A stretch of 35,013 nucleotides of DNA from IMG/VR virus record IMGVR_UViG_3300044679_000086; one strand, written 5' to 3'. Below are positions 24,254-31,623 of the stretch, one piece after another; within the stretch, counting starts at the first letter, position 1; each line of letters begins with the position of its first letter. Both the position numbers and the translations under genes were made by a program. The stretch is from a virus. Below the pieces are notes generated by a model that was not told the DNA's origin, searched no databases, and saw nothing but the letters and a program-made list of their open reading frames with translations.

Positions 24254-24950
24254 AATCCCCTCCTAATAGTTTTTTCATCCATGCCATGTTTTCAGAATAA
24301 CCTTTTAAATTCTCAAAGCCTTTTTTTATTTCATTTTGTTTTTCAATTTCTTTAGCTTCAGCATTTTTATCTTCAAGCGCTTTTGGTATTTCTTTTAATT
24401 TCCCAGAAGTATAATCACGAACAGAAATTTCATAATTACGATAAAATACAGGCTGCGTTTTTTCCATGATGTTATTTTTTAGAAAATGACGGTCAGATTC
24501 ATTAATGGCATGCTGTAAGATGTTAAACTGAACTTCAGACATAGCGCCTATATCCCCATCCCTCATCAGCTTATAAGCCGAATTATATGCTTGCTCTTTG
24601 GTTAGCAAGCCCAAGTCATCCGCTGAAGGTTTGCACCAATTCAAGAACTGACCAACCGTAGGTGTATTAATAGGGCTTTCACGACGGCATTTTTTTATAG
24701 CAACTTCGAGTTGTTCGATTTGGTTAATCCCTGCTTCCATGAGGCCTCGAGCAAAATTTATTTTTTGCATTTTAAGTTTGCTTTCGTTCCCTTTGTACTG
24801 CTTATCATACCCAGGGCAATTCGCTTCAAAAAAATTAAATAATCGATTAACGGTCAAAACCGTGGATGCGTCCAAGTCTTTTTCGCTTTCTTTGTTATCG
24901 CGCATAGCAATAAATTCTTGGCCGTTAACAATGTCTGAAATTTTATTCAT
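24231..24950 (-). CDS. Replication protein P-like (helicase loader)
   Basis: Start moved to MNKISDIV (ATG at 24950, 8-nt overlap with the O-like stop). The segment IKKCRRESPINTPTVGQFLNWCKPS parallels lambda P RVARRQNRPFLPSPGQFVAWCREE. Confidence 0.7.
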   Translation of the reverse strand: MNKISDIVNGQEFIAMRDNKESEKDLDASTVLTVNRLFNFFEANCPGYDKQYKGNESKLKMQKINFARGLMEAGINQIEQLEVAIKKCRRESPINTPTVGQFLNWCKPSADDLGLLTKEQAYNSAYKLMRDGDIGAMSEVQFNILQHAINESDRHFLKNNIMEKTQPVFYRNYEISVRDYTSGKLKEIPKALEDKNAEAKEIEKQNEIKKGFENLKGYSENMAWMKKLLGGDFGTSDSR

Positions 24951-25788
24951 GATAAAACCCCAGCGTGTTGGTAACGTAAAAGTCTTTCCCCCAAGTTGTA
25001 TCATCCGACCCAGAAACAGTTCCTTTATCGTTTTGTTTATTAGACTTATTAAACCATTCCAATTTAAGAGATTGCCAACAATTGGAAACCATTACTCCAA
25101 ATGCATCAATTGGATTAATATTTAGGCTTTCATTGATTTGAAACAAAGTTTTATTGATAGTGCTCCATGCGGTTTTAGTTACACGAGCTTTCTTGTCTTT
25201 TCTAATAACAAGCCAATCTTCTAACATTTGCTGAGGGATATTATGAGGATTGCTTTCTAGCAAAGAATCCAAATTATATTCTGGTTCTTTCTTTTTATGT
25301 TCACTAATTTTTTCTGGAACACTATATTTATCTTTAGATAAATTATTAGTTGTATTATTAGTTGGTATCGTTTTCTTAAATTCAGGAAATCGATTTCCGA
25401 ATTCTAAGAAATCGATTTCCGATTTTTCGGAAATGGTGCTGTATAAGGCCTGTAGGTATTTCTCCGTAATTAATTCCGGGTAAAACTTTAACCCTTCATA
25501 TGTCAGAGCATACCAGCAAGTTCTGTCATAACCGTTCTTATTATAATTCCCTTTTTTAACTAATCCCGCATTTATAGATGCCTTAAAAACTGTCTCCAAT
25601 TGGCTTTTTGACCAATAAGGGAATATTTCGGAGTAAGCCTCATAAGTATTGAATGACCAGCAAAGGCCATCGTGGATATTTTTACGGTTAGCTAAATTAT
25701 TGAATGTCCACTGCGCGAGCTCTTGGCAAAATATAGAAATATTTACACCATACTGTACAGCAATGTTTGTGTTGAACGAATTAATCAT
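24943..25788 (-). CDS. Replication initiator (lambda O-like role; winged-helix-type N-terminus)
   Basis: 281-aa ORF immediately upstream of the P-like gene. It contains iteron-like repeats in its central linker-coding region, as lambda O does. Confidence 0.55.
   Translation of the reverse strand: MINSFNTNIAVQYGVNISIFCQELAQWTFNNLANRKNIHDGLCWSFNTYEAYSEIFPYWSKSQLETVFKASINAGLVKKGNYNKNGYDRTCWYALTYEGLKFYPELITEKYLQALYSTISEKSEIDFLEFGNRFPEFKKTIPTNNTTNNLSKDKYSVPEKISEHKKKEPEYNLDSLLESNPHNIPQQMLEDWLVIRKDKKARVTKTAWSTINKTLFQINESLNINPIDAFGVMVSNCWQSLKLEWFNKSNKQNDKGTVSGSDDTTWGKDFYVTNTLGFYHE
25342..25435. repeat. Putative replication origin: iterons plus AT-rich direct repeats inside the O-like gene
   Basis: GAAATCGATTTCCGA occurs at 25386..25400 and 25408..25422 (22-bp period). 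The first copy lies in the perfect palindrome GGAAATCGATTTCC (25385..25398). An inverted half-site TCGGAAAT is at 25427..25434. ATTATTAGTTG occurs at 25342..25352 and 25354..25364. Confidence 0.55.
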
Positions 25789-25856
25789 GATATAATTTCC
25801 TCACTGTTCGCACTTTCTGTGGTGCGATACGGCAGAGTGAAGCTTTTTAGGGATGT

Positions 25857-25886
25857 AAAAAAGCCTCATTCCCCAAACTCTAAGGC
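25857..25886 (-). terminator. Intrinsic-terminator-like hairpin between the Cro-like operon genes and the O/P genes
   Basis: Minus strand reads GCCTTA-gagtttggggaa-TGAGGC followed by TTTTTT. The stem is 6 bp including one G-U pair, and the 12-nt loop is rather large. Confidence 0.4.
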
Positions 25887-26037
25887 CAACGCCTGGGGAT
25901 GGTTAATAAAAGTCAATAAATGTCTGAATAGTCAACTTGGCGGGAGATATTCAAACGTGATAAATAAGATGTTGTTGTAGAGGCAGGAAGCCTCAAAAAC
26001 TTCCCCATAATACCCCTTTCAAAAATAAATTAAAACA

Positions 26038-26205
26038 TCATTGGTCTTTTTTATTTAAAAAATAGTTAATTGATTCAATTATTTGCTCTGTGATTTCATT
26101 TATACTTTCTTGTGTAATTGTTTTACCAATATGACAACACAAGTTTGACCGTATAAGGGATGTAAGTGATTCATTGTTAATCATTATTTTAATTTCATTA
26201 TCCAT
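26038..26205 (-). CDS. Small hypothetical protein (not in the ORF track)
   Basis: Hand translation: MDNEIKIMINNESLTSLIRSNLCCHIGKTITQESINEITEQIIESINYFLNKKDQ (55 aa). Confidence 0.35.
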   Translation of the reverse strand: MDNEIKIMINNESLTSLIRSNLCCHIGKTITQESINEITEQIIESINYFLNKKDQ

Positions 26206-26252
26206 TAATTATATACCCTCGCCTCCCAGCATTAATTCAAAAAATAGTATTC

Positions 26253-26417
26253 TCACCATCTTTTATTTAATATTTTAAAAGGCTTAATCTTTATCCCTTT
26301 CCTTGAAATTTCTGATTCGCTAATCGCACGCGCAATAATTATAATTAAAATGAATATTGCTATTTGCGTTGCTATGGTTGCCACAACGAATATCTCAAAA
26401 AATCCCATGAAGCTCAT
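26253..26417 (-). CDS. Small single-pass membrane protein coupled to the Cro-like gene (not in the ORF track)
   Basis: Hand translation: MSFMGFFEIFVVATIATQIAIFILIIIIARAISESEISRKGIKIKPFKILNKRW (54 aa). It has an N-terminal transmembrane segment and a basic tail. Its ATG overlaps the upstream TAA by 1 nt. Confidence 0.5.
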   Translation of the reverse strand: MSFMGFFEIFVVATIATQIAIFILIIIIARAISESEISRKGIKIKPFKILNKRW

Positions 26418-26599
26418 TACTTATCATCCTTATTAGCTTTTAATTTGCCATTAGTATCCACCTCTATAAGACATTGCATCTTAAAAGGAATAAAATCATT
26501 TTTCTTCCAAGAATTTACGCTCTCTCGAGCAACATTTAATTTTTTGACTATATTACTTATTTTATAATCGTAATATCCCATTACTTCACAAAATTTCAT
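26417..26599 (-). CDS. Cro-like small HTH regulator
   Basis: 60 aa. The segment ISNIVKKLNVARESVNSWKKNDFIP has a typical HTH pattern. It is the first gene transcribed leftward from the divergent promoter region. Confidence 0.6.
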   Translation of the reverse strand: MKFCEVMGYYDYKISNIVKKLNVARESVNSWKKNDFIPFKMQCLIEVDTNGKLKANKDDK

Positions 26600-26626
26600 A
26601 ACGCACCTTATTTTTAACTAAAAATA

Positions 26627-26655
26627 TTGACAAAATATAACAAATTAGGCATTAT
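26627..26655 (+). promoter_or_regulatory. Rightward sigma70-type promoter (recombination operon)
   Basis: TTGACA (26627..26632), a 17-nt spacer, then CATTAT (26650..26655). Confidence 0.6.
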
Positions 26656-26662
26656 AAGTCAA
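26634..26662 (-). promoter_or_regulatory. Leftward sigma70-type promoter (Cro-like / replication operon), interdigitated with the rightward promoter
   Basis: Minus strand reads TTGACT (26662..26657), a 17-nt spacer, then TATATT (26639..26634). The palindrome GGCATT-N7-AATGCC (26648..26666) covers the rightward -10 and the leftward -35. Confidence 0.6.
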
Positions 26663-26693
26663 TGCCTTGCATTACAGGCTAAAGGAGCAACAC

Positions 26694-26744
26694 ATGAAAT
26701 ACGGACTTTTATTATTACGAGAATATAACAGGAGATTTAAATGA
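26694..26744 (+). CDS. Possible 16-codon leader ORF coupled to the exonuclease gene
   Basis: AAGGAG lies 7 nt upstream of ATG 26694. The peptide is MKYGLLLLREYNRRFK, and its TGA overlaps the ATG of the next gene (ATGA). Confidence 0.3.
   Translation: MKYGLLLLREYNRRFK
26715..26735 (+). promoter_or_regulatory. Conserved 21-nt leader/RBS box, copy 2
   Basis: TTACGAGAATATAACAGGAGA is identical to 23440..23460 and ends 5 nt before the ATG at 26741. Confidence 0.7.
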
Positions 26745-27580
26745 TTACTAAACAACAACAAGAAGAAAGAAAAATGGGAATTGGCGGTTCTGACATGCCC
26801 ATTATTATGGGCTTATCTTCCTACAAAACTCCCTATCAACTTTACCTTGAAAAAACAGGCCTCATTGAATCTAAACAAGAAACGAATGAATTTCAGTACT
26901 GGGGAAACCAGTTAGAAGGTATTGTTCGTGATGAATTTGCAAAAAGACATAATGTACTGGTCGAAACTCCAGAAACAATAGTTCATCCTTTTTATGACTT
27001 TCTACGTGGGAATATTGATGGCTTTGTCCCCGAACATAACGCTGTGCTTGAAGTTAAATGCTCTTCATCCTATATGTCAAATCACTGGGGGGAAGATGGC
27101 TCAGACATCATACCCATGCAATACCTAGTTCAAGTCGCGCATTACTGCGCCATCACCAACGCAGATAAAGCTTATATTGCTGTATTGATTGGCGGCAATG
27201 ATTACAGAGAATACACGTATCATCGCGACGCACAGCTCGAGCAGCATGTAATTGATGCAGCAAAGAAGTTCTGGGATTGCGTTCAAAACAAAATTCCACC
27301 GGAAGCCGCGAAAGAAATTGATTTAAGGCTTATGTATCCCAAACATGATCCCAATAAAGTCAAAACAATTGCGCCAGAGGTAGAAGAACAATTAACAACT
27401 TTGTCAGAAACTCGATTTAAAATCAAACAACTTAGCGAAGTTGAAGACCAATACAAATTTAACATTATGCAATTTATGCAAGATGCAGAATGCTTAGTTA
27501 ATGCAGACGGCCAACCCATTGTGACATGGAAGGCAAACAAACGAGGAAGTAGAACTTTTCTCATGAAAGGAATGCATTAA
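26741..27580 (+). CDS. YqaJ-type (lambda Exo-like) recombination exonuclease
   Basis: 279 aa. The N-terminus RKMGIGGSDMPIIMGLSSYKTPYQLYLEKTG and the motif LEVKCS match the YqaJ viral recombinase domain pattern. It is followed by an annealase gene. Confidence 0.85.
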   Translation: MITKQQQEERKMGIGGSDMPIIMGLSSYKTPYQLYLEKTGLIESKQETNEFQYWGNQLEGIVRDEFAKRHNVLVETPETIVHPFYDFLRGNIDGFVPEHNAVLEVKCSSSYMSNHWGEDGSDIIPMQYLVQVAHYCAITNADKAYIAVLIGGNDYREYTYHRDAQLEQHVIDAAKKFWDCVQNKIPPEAAKEIDLRLMYPKHDPNKVKTIAPEVEEQLTTLSETRFKIKQLSEVEDQYKFNIMQFMQDAECLVNADGQPIVTWKANKRGSRTFLMKGMH

Positions 27581-27626
27581 ATTAATTAGTAGGTAACAAT
27601 TAAACATAATTTGTATAGGATAAAAA

Positions 27627-28550
27627 ATGAGCACTGAATTAATTGAATTAAAACATGAGTTAATGATTGAACGACAAAAATCTGAAATATTAGAACTAAA
27701 ATATCAATTGCAGAAAACGCAGGCTGAGAAAGCATCACGTTTAGACGACAGCCTTTTATCACCTCACTTGTATGAGCATTATCAAAAAGTAGCCATTATG
27801 CTCTCTAAATCAGGGGTAATCCCTAATGCGTATAAAGGGAAGCCAGAGGACATCTTCGTCGCCATGGCAATGGGGTATCAACTCGGATTTCCTATAGAGC
27901 AGTCATTGCAAGATATTGCGGTAGTTAACGGGCGTCCTTGTTTATGGGGCGATGGCCTTCTGTCTTTGGCATTGAACCATGCTGACTGCCAAAGCATCGA
28001 CGAAACGCCAATTTATGACGCCAAAACAGCTCAGGTAATAGGGTATCAGTGCACCGTTATTCGTAAGGGACACAAACCTCATACCAAGCAATTTACCCTC
28101 CAAGATGCGCATGTGGCTGGCTTGTTGTCACGAGGAACTGTGTGGAAGTCTTATCCTGAGCGCATGCTGCAAATGAGAGCGCGTTCCTACGCCATTAGAG
28201 ATAAGTTTGCTGATGCTTTAAGAGGGCTTCGCGTCGCAGAGATTGAGCAGGAAGACAGTCGAGTAATAGAAGCAGAAGTATCCACTGCTACACAAGGCGA
28301 GACTCAAACTGAAAAACTTAAATCCATATTAAACCAACGAATCGAGCAGAATGAGTCTATTGAAGTAGACAATATAAACCTAGATGACCCATTAAGTCCT
28401 ATAGATAAAATTAAAATTTTATTAGAAGAGAAAGAATTTACCGAAGAGCGAATTAAGAAAGCATTAAATTATTACAATGTTGATTCGTTTGAGTCATTAG
28501 ATAAAGCAACAGCTTTATTATTTTTAGCGCAACTGGAGAAAGCCCAATGA
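27627..28550 (+). CDS. RecT/Redbeta-superfamily single-strand annealing protein
   Basis: 307 aa. It is paired with the YqaJ exonuclease gene. The segment GTVWKSYPERMLQMRARSYAIRDKFADALRGL parallels lambda Bet GPWQSHPKRMLRHKAMIQCARLAFGFAGI. Confidence 0.7.
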   Translation: MSTELIELKHELMIERQKSEILELKYQLQKTQAEKASRLDDSLLSPHLYEHYQKVAIMLSKSGVIPNAYKGKPEDIFVAMAMGYQLGFPIEQSLQDIAVVNGRPCLWGDGLLSLALNHADCQSIDETPIYDAKTAQVIGYQCTVIRKGHKPHTKQFTLQDAHVAGLLSRGTVWKSYPERMLQMRARSYAIRDKFADALRGLRVAEIEQEDSRVIEAEVSTATQGETQTEKLKSILNQRIEQNESIEVDNINLDDPLSPIDKIKILLEEKEFTEERIKKALNYYNVDSFESLDKATALLFLAQLEKAQ

Positions 28551-28948
28551 TTAACATCGCAATAATACAAGGACGTGTCGGGAAAAAGGACACAAAAATG
28601 CTTAGCAATGGCAGTGAAGTTACCGTCCTTTCTGTAGCTACAAATAAGAGGTTTAAAGATGCCCAAGGCAATCCTAAAGAACAAACAACTTGGCACAACG
28701 TCAGTTGCTTCGCTAAGTTATGTGATATTGCTAGCAAGTACGTAAATGTAGGCGATCTTGTATTTATTCGGGGAGAAATCCAAAACAAGAAGATTGAAAT
28801 CGGAGAAAAATCTGGTCAATATATTTACTCCCTCCATGCGAATGAAATTCATTTTATCCCAAAAGGTAATAAAGAAACCCATCAACAGAAAGCAAAAGAA
28901 CAAAAATCAGAAGATGATTACATTTTAGATGATGGTGTACCTTTTTAA
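28547..28948 (+). CDS. ssb: Single-stranded DNA-binding protein
   Basis: 133 aa with an OB-fold-type N-terminus (MINIAIIQGRVGKKDTKMLSNGSEVTVLSVATNKRFKD....TTWHNV) and an acidic C-terminal tip (DDGVPF). It has a 4-nt overlap with the upstream gene. Confidence 0.85.
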   Translation: MINIAIIQGRVGKKDTKMLSNGSEVTVLSVATNKRFKDAQGNPKEQTTWHNVSCFAKLCDIASKYVNVGDLVFIRGEIQNKKIEIGEKSGQYIYSLHANEIHFIPKGNKETHQQKAKEQKSEDDYILDDGVPF

Positions 28949-29069
28949 AGTATATAATTACAAAAGAAACGGGCAGAAAGCAGATATTACAATGTGATTT
29001 GCCCTTGTTCCGTACAGGATTATATGGATATAGATTAACGACAGGAGTTGTAATTTATTGGAGTTATCT

Positions 29070-29471
29070 ATGAAGAAAAATAAAATACCTTATTTATTTT
29101 TAATATTATTATCCTCTCAAGGACATGCTGGATTTCACAAAGCAACCTATCATAGTCGCGCGAACTGTCTCAACAATGAATCTATTTCATGGGATTACAC
29201 ACTTGCACATAATTATGCTACTGTTTCGTTTCATACCCCTGATTATGCAAATCATTCGTTACCCACTCATCGTATTGAATCTGGGTGGGAGTTCACAAAG
29301 CGCTCTGCCGCTATCTGCTGGCTTGAGGGAAAGGCACTTCCTCGCCCTGACTGGTATTATGTAGCTGGGTATCATTGGGAAGTCGTAGGGAAAGCAGCCA
29401 TCTTGCAAATGCAGACTGGAACCGATTGGTGCAGCGTTGATGATGGCTGGTTTAAAAAAAATAAGGAATAA
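29070..29471 (+). CDS. Secreted protein of unknown function (signal peptide)
   Basis: The track ORF starts at TTG 29058, but ATG 29070 gives MKKNKIPYLFLILLSSQGHA/GFHK, a typical Sec signal peptide. The mature part is rich in Trp, Tyr and His and has 3 Cys. Confidence 0.6.
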   Translation: MKKNKIPYLFLILLSSQGHAGFHKATYHSRANCLNNESISWDYTLAHNYATVSFHTPDYANHSLPTHRIESGWEFTKRSAAICWLEGKALPRPDWYYVAGYHWEVVGKAAILQMQTGTDWCSVDDGWFKKNKE

Positions 29472-29473
29472 AA

Positions 29474-30148
29474 ATGAATAAGAAATTAATAATTGCAAGC
29501 GCATTAGTTATAACGAGTCAATGTTCTTTGGCGACAATCGATGTATATTCAACAAATGTACCAGATGATGCTTTTCCAAAAAAAGGATATAAAGAGCTCA
29601 TGGGAAAAATAGCAAGAGAGGAAAACGAGCAACTTGAAAAAGGTTATTTAGAAGGACATAGTGCCTATTATGATTTCCTACGCGACATTGAAAATGAAAT
29701 AAAATATAATCCTAGTCAATTTTCTCAATTAAAAAAATCAATTACAAAATTGAAATTGGTTCCTAATTTAAAACGCGTTCCTGAGTCAGTTAAAGCCATT
29801 TCTTTCGGATATGAAGGCGCTGGCGCTTTTAGCGAAAATGCAGGATGGAATTCATTAACCGAAATTTTTAAATCAAAGTCATCGGATTTATGTATGTTCA
29901 CGCACTCAGACTTAAAGGCTTCAAATGGGGGTTATACTTTATCAGAGGAAAATGCCAAATATGACGTTAATGGAAAATATAGCGTGATACAAGTGAAAGG
30001 AATACCACACATGGGGTTTGAGTATAATATTAATTGGTTTGACCAGTTAAATTTATACACCCTGACCTGCGTTAATAAAGAATTTACTCCAGAATTAAAA
30101 AATAAAATAATTGATTTCGCAATTAAAATAGACCAATCTTGGTCTTAA
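29474..30148 (+). CDS. Secreted or lipid-anchored protein of unknown function (signal peptide)
   Basis: 224 aa starting MNKKLIIASALVITSQCSLATIDVY (signal peptide; the Cys at ITSQC could be a non-canonical lipobox). There is a 2-nt gap after the previous gene. Confidence 0.6.
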   Translation: MNKKLIIASALVITSQCSLATIDVYSTNVPDDAFPKKGYKELMGKIAREENEQLEKGYLEGHSAYYDFLRDIENEIKYNPSQFSQLKKSITKLKLVPNLKRVPESVKAISFGYEGAGAFSENAGWNSLTEIFKSKSSDLCMFTHSDLKASNGGYTLSEENAKYDVNGKYSVIQVKGIPHMGFEYNINWFDQLNLYTLTCVNKEFTPELKNKIIDFAIKIDQSWS

Positions 30149-30513
30149 CTAATTTTGGTACCTTCATTTTCGAGGGTACCAATCGTTATCTTAACAACCC
30201 CATCTAAAGCCTCAAATCTTCTTACAGAGAGTTTATCTATTTGGCTGTCATCATAATACACACCAGCATGCTGTAACGCGTCTAAAAGGCTTTTTAGGAT
30301 GTTATCAAGGTCTCTTTTGCGCTTATCTGGAGGGAATGCATCTATAGTTACTATTAATCGGTCCTTTTCATGAAATTTATTTTTAAGTTGAATGCAGGCG
30401 TACAAAACAAACTCCCTATATTCTTGCCCTTTCTTGCTAATGTAATGGCCCTTAGAAGTATGACGCCAATAATTATTGATGCTTGGAGGCCATGGGAGCT
30501 CAATTGATATCAT
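30145..30513 (-). CDS. rusA: RusA-family Holliday junction resolvase
   Basis: The sequence MISIELPWPPSINNYWRH...PPDKRKRDLDNILKSLLDALQHAGVYYDDSQI closely follows E. coli RusA (ITLPWPPSNNRYYRH...[29 protein letters not shown]). The track start at 30531 is a GTG, so the ATG at 30513 is preferred. Confidence 0.9.
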   Translation of the reverse strand: MISIELPWPPSINNYWRHTSKGHYISKKGQEYREFVLYACIQLKNKFHEKDRLIVTIDAFPPDKRKRDLDNILKSLLDALQHAGVYYDDSQIDKLSVRRFEALDGVVKITIGTLENEGTKIS

Positions 30514-31072
30514 CTGGATTCCATGCAGCACGCTTAAGCCATCCTTTTAGGAATTTATAAAGCTTCGGATTTTCTTCTGTAATTGTTTTATAATAAGAAC
30601 TGGTTTCTTCGCAAATATTTTCCATTAAATCACTTTCACGCCCATGCAGTGTGCATTCATTAGTTGCAGCAATTGTTTTTGGCCCTAAAATACCATCCAC
30701 CTTCATCTCAGGATAGCCTGAATAAATTAAGGCTTTTTGAAGCAATTTATGGGACTCACATGCTCCTATATTAACTGCCATATCAAATATCTTTGTAGCG
30801 ATATTCAAAGAATTTATTGCCTCATAATGAAATCTATCCCACCACATGATTTTATAATATTTCGCAGCATCTTCACGAGTTAATTGTTCTACTTTTGCAG
30901 GTAATCCTAACTTTTCATGATAGTTATCTAAGTCTTCTTGTGTAATGCCAAGATTAGTAGAGCCTCCTGGATCATCGGCATCATTAGAATATCCTCCCTC
31001 ATCTTCAAGAAGGATATTAAGAGCATACTCAAACCGTTGTTGAGGTAATAATTTAACGACGTCTCCGGGCAT
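30500..31072 (-). CDS. Endolysin: GH108-type muramidase with a PG_binding_3-type domain
   Basis: The motif LEDEGGYSNDADDPGGSTNLGITQEDL is the GH108 signature (EGGY..D..D.GG.T..GIT). Downstream, VDGILGPKTIAA is typical of the peptidoglycan-binding part. The ATG at 31072 is preferred because GGAGG lies 6 nt upstream. Confidence 0.85.
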   Translation of the reverse strand: MPGDVVKLLPQQRFEYALNILLEDEGGYSNDADDPGGSTNLGITQEDLDNYHEKLGLPAKVEQLTREDAAKYYKIMWWDRFHYEAINSLNIATKIFDMAVNIGACESHKLLQKALIYSGYPEMKVDGILGPKTIAATNECTLHGRESDLMENICEETSSYYKTITEENPKLYKFLKGWLKRAAWNPDDIN

Positions 31073-31613
31073 AGATACCTCCACATGCTGATGCAGTACC
31101 GGTAAAAGAAGATACTGCACTTAAATAAACTGTAGTTGTAGTAGAAAGAGATAATCTTGCAAAAGGTACTGGTGTTGCCATCTGCGCAGTAACCGCTGGT
31201 ACAATATACATCCCAGCTGCCAATGAACCATCGGGTTGAGTCGCTGAAGTAGTACTTACCCACCCATATGAATACAATATCCCTGTAGCTCCGGAACTAA
31301 TAACAACATTCCCGAATACATCCCAATCTCCGGCAGTTAAAGAAATCGAGGTAACGTTAGCAACTACGGTAGAAGTTAAAGTTACAGGAGATATTGCGGC
31401 TACTACACTTGAAATATATTCACCAACACTTCCAGCGGCTGCATTATTATTAGTTGTAGTTCCTACTATTCCCGTGGTACTACTAAAAGTTACAGATGTA
31501 GCGCTTGCAGCCCCTAGTGTTGGAGTAACAAGAGTAGGGCTTGTTGAGCCTACAAATGTTCCTGTGCCAGTTTGGCCTGATAGAGAGGTATTTACTGCAT
31601 TATTTGTAGCCAT
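31053..31613 (-). CDS. Fibre-like protein
   Basis: 186 aa rich in Thr, Ser, Ala and Gly. The N-terminus NTSLSGQTGTGTFVGSTSPTLVTPTLGAASATS is a pattern I associate with phage fibre proteins. Confidence 0.5.
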   Translation of the reverse strand: MATNNAVNTSLSGQTGTGTFVGSTSPTLVTPTLGAASATSVTFSSTTGIVGTTTNNNAAAGSVGEYISSVVAAISPVTLTSTVVANVTSISLTAGDWDVFGNVVISSGATGILYSYGWVSTTSATQPDGSLAAGMYIVPAVTAQMATPVPFARLSLSTTTTVYLSAVSSFTGTASACGGIYARRRR

Positions 31614-31623
31614 GATTTAATCC

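Noticed and set aside
25723-25980. 85-aa plus-strand ORF
   Set aside because: It lies antisense across the start of the O-like gene and the structured leader, with no RBS and unconvincing composition.
28453-28788. Minus-strand ORFs of 111 and 74 aa
   Set aside because: They are antisense to the recT-like / ssb junction. Both of those genes have strong motif support, so these are shadow ORFs.
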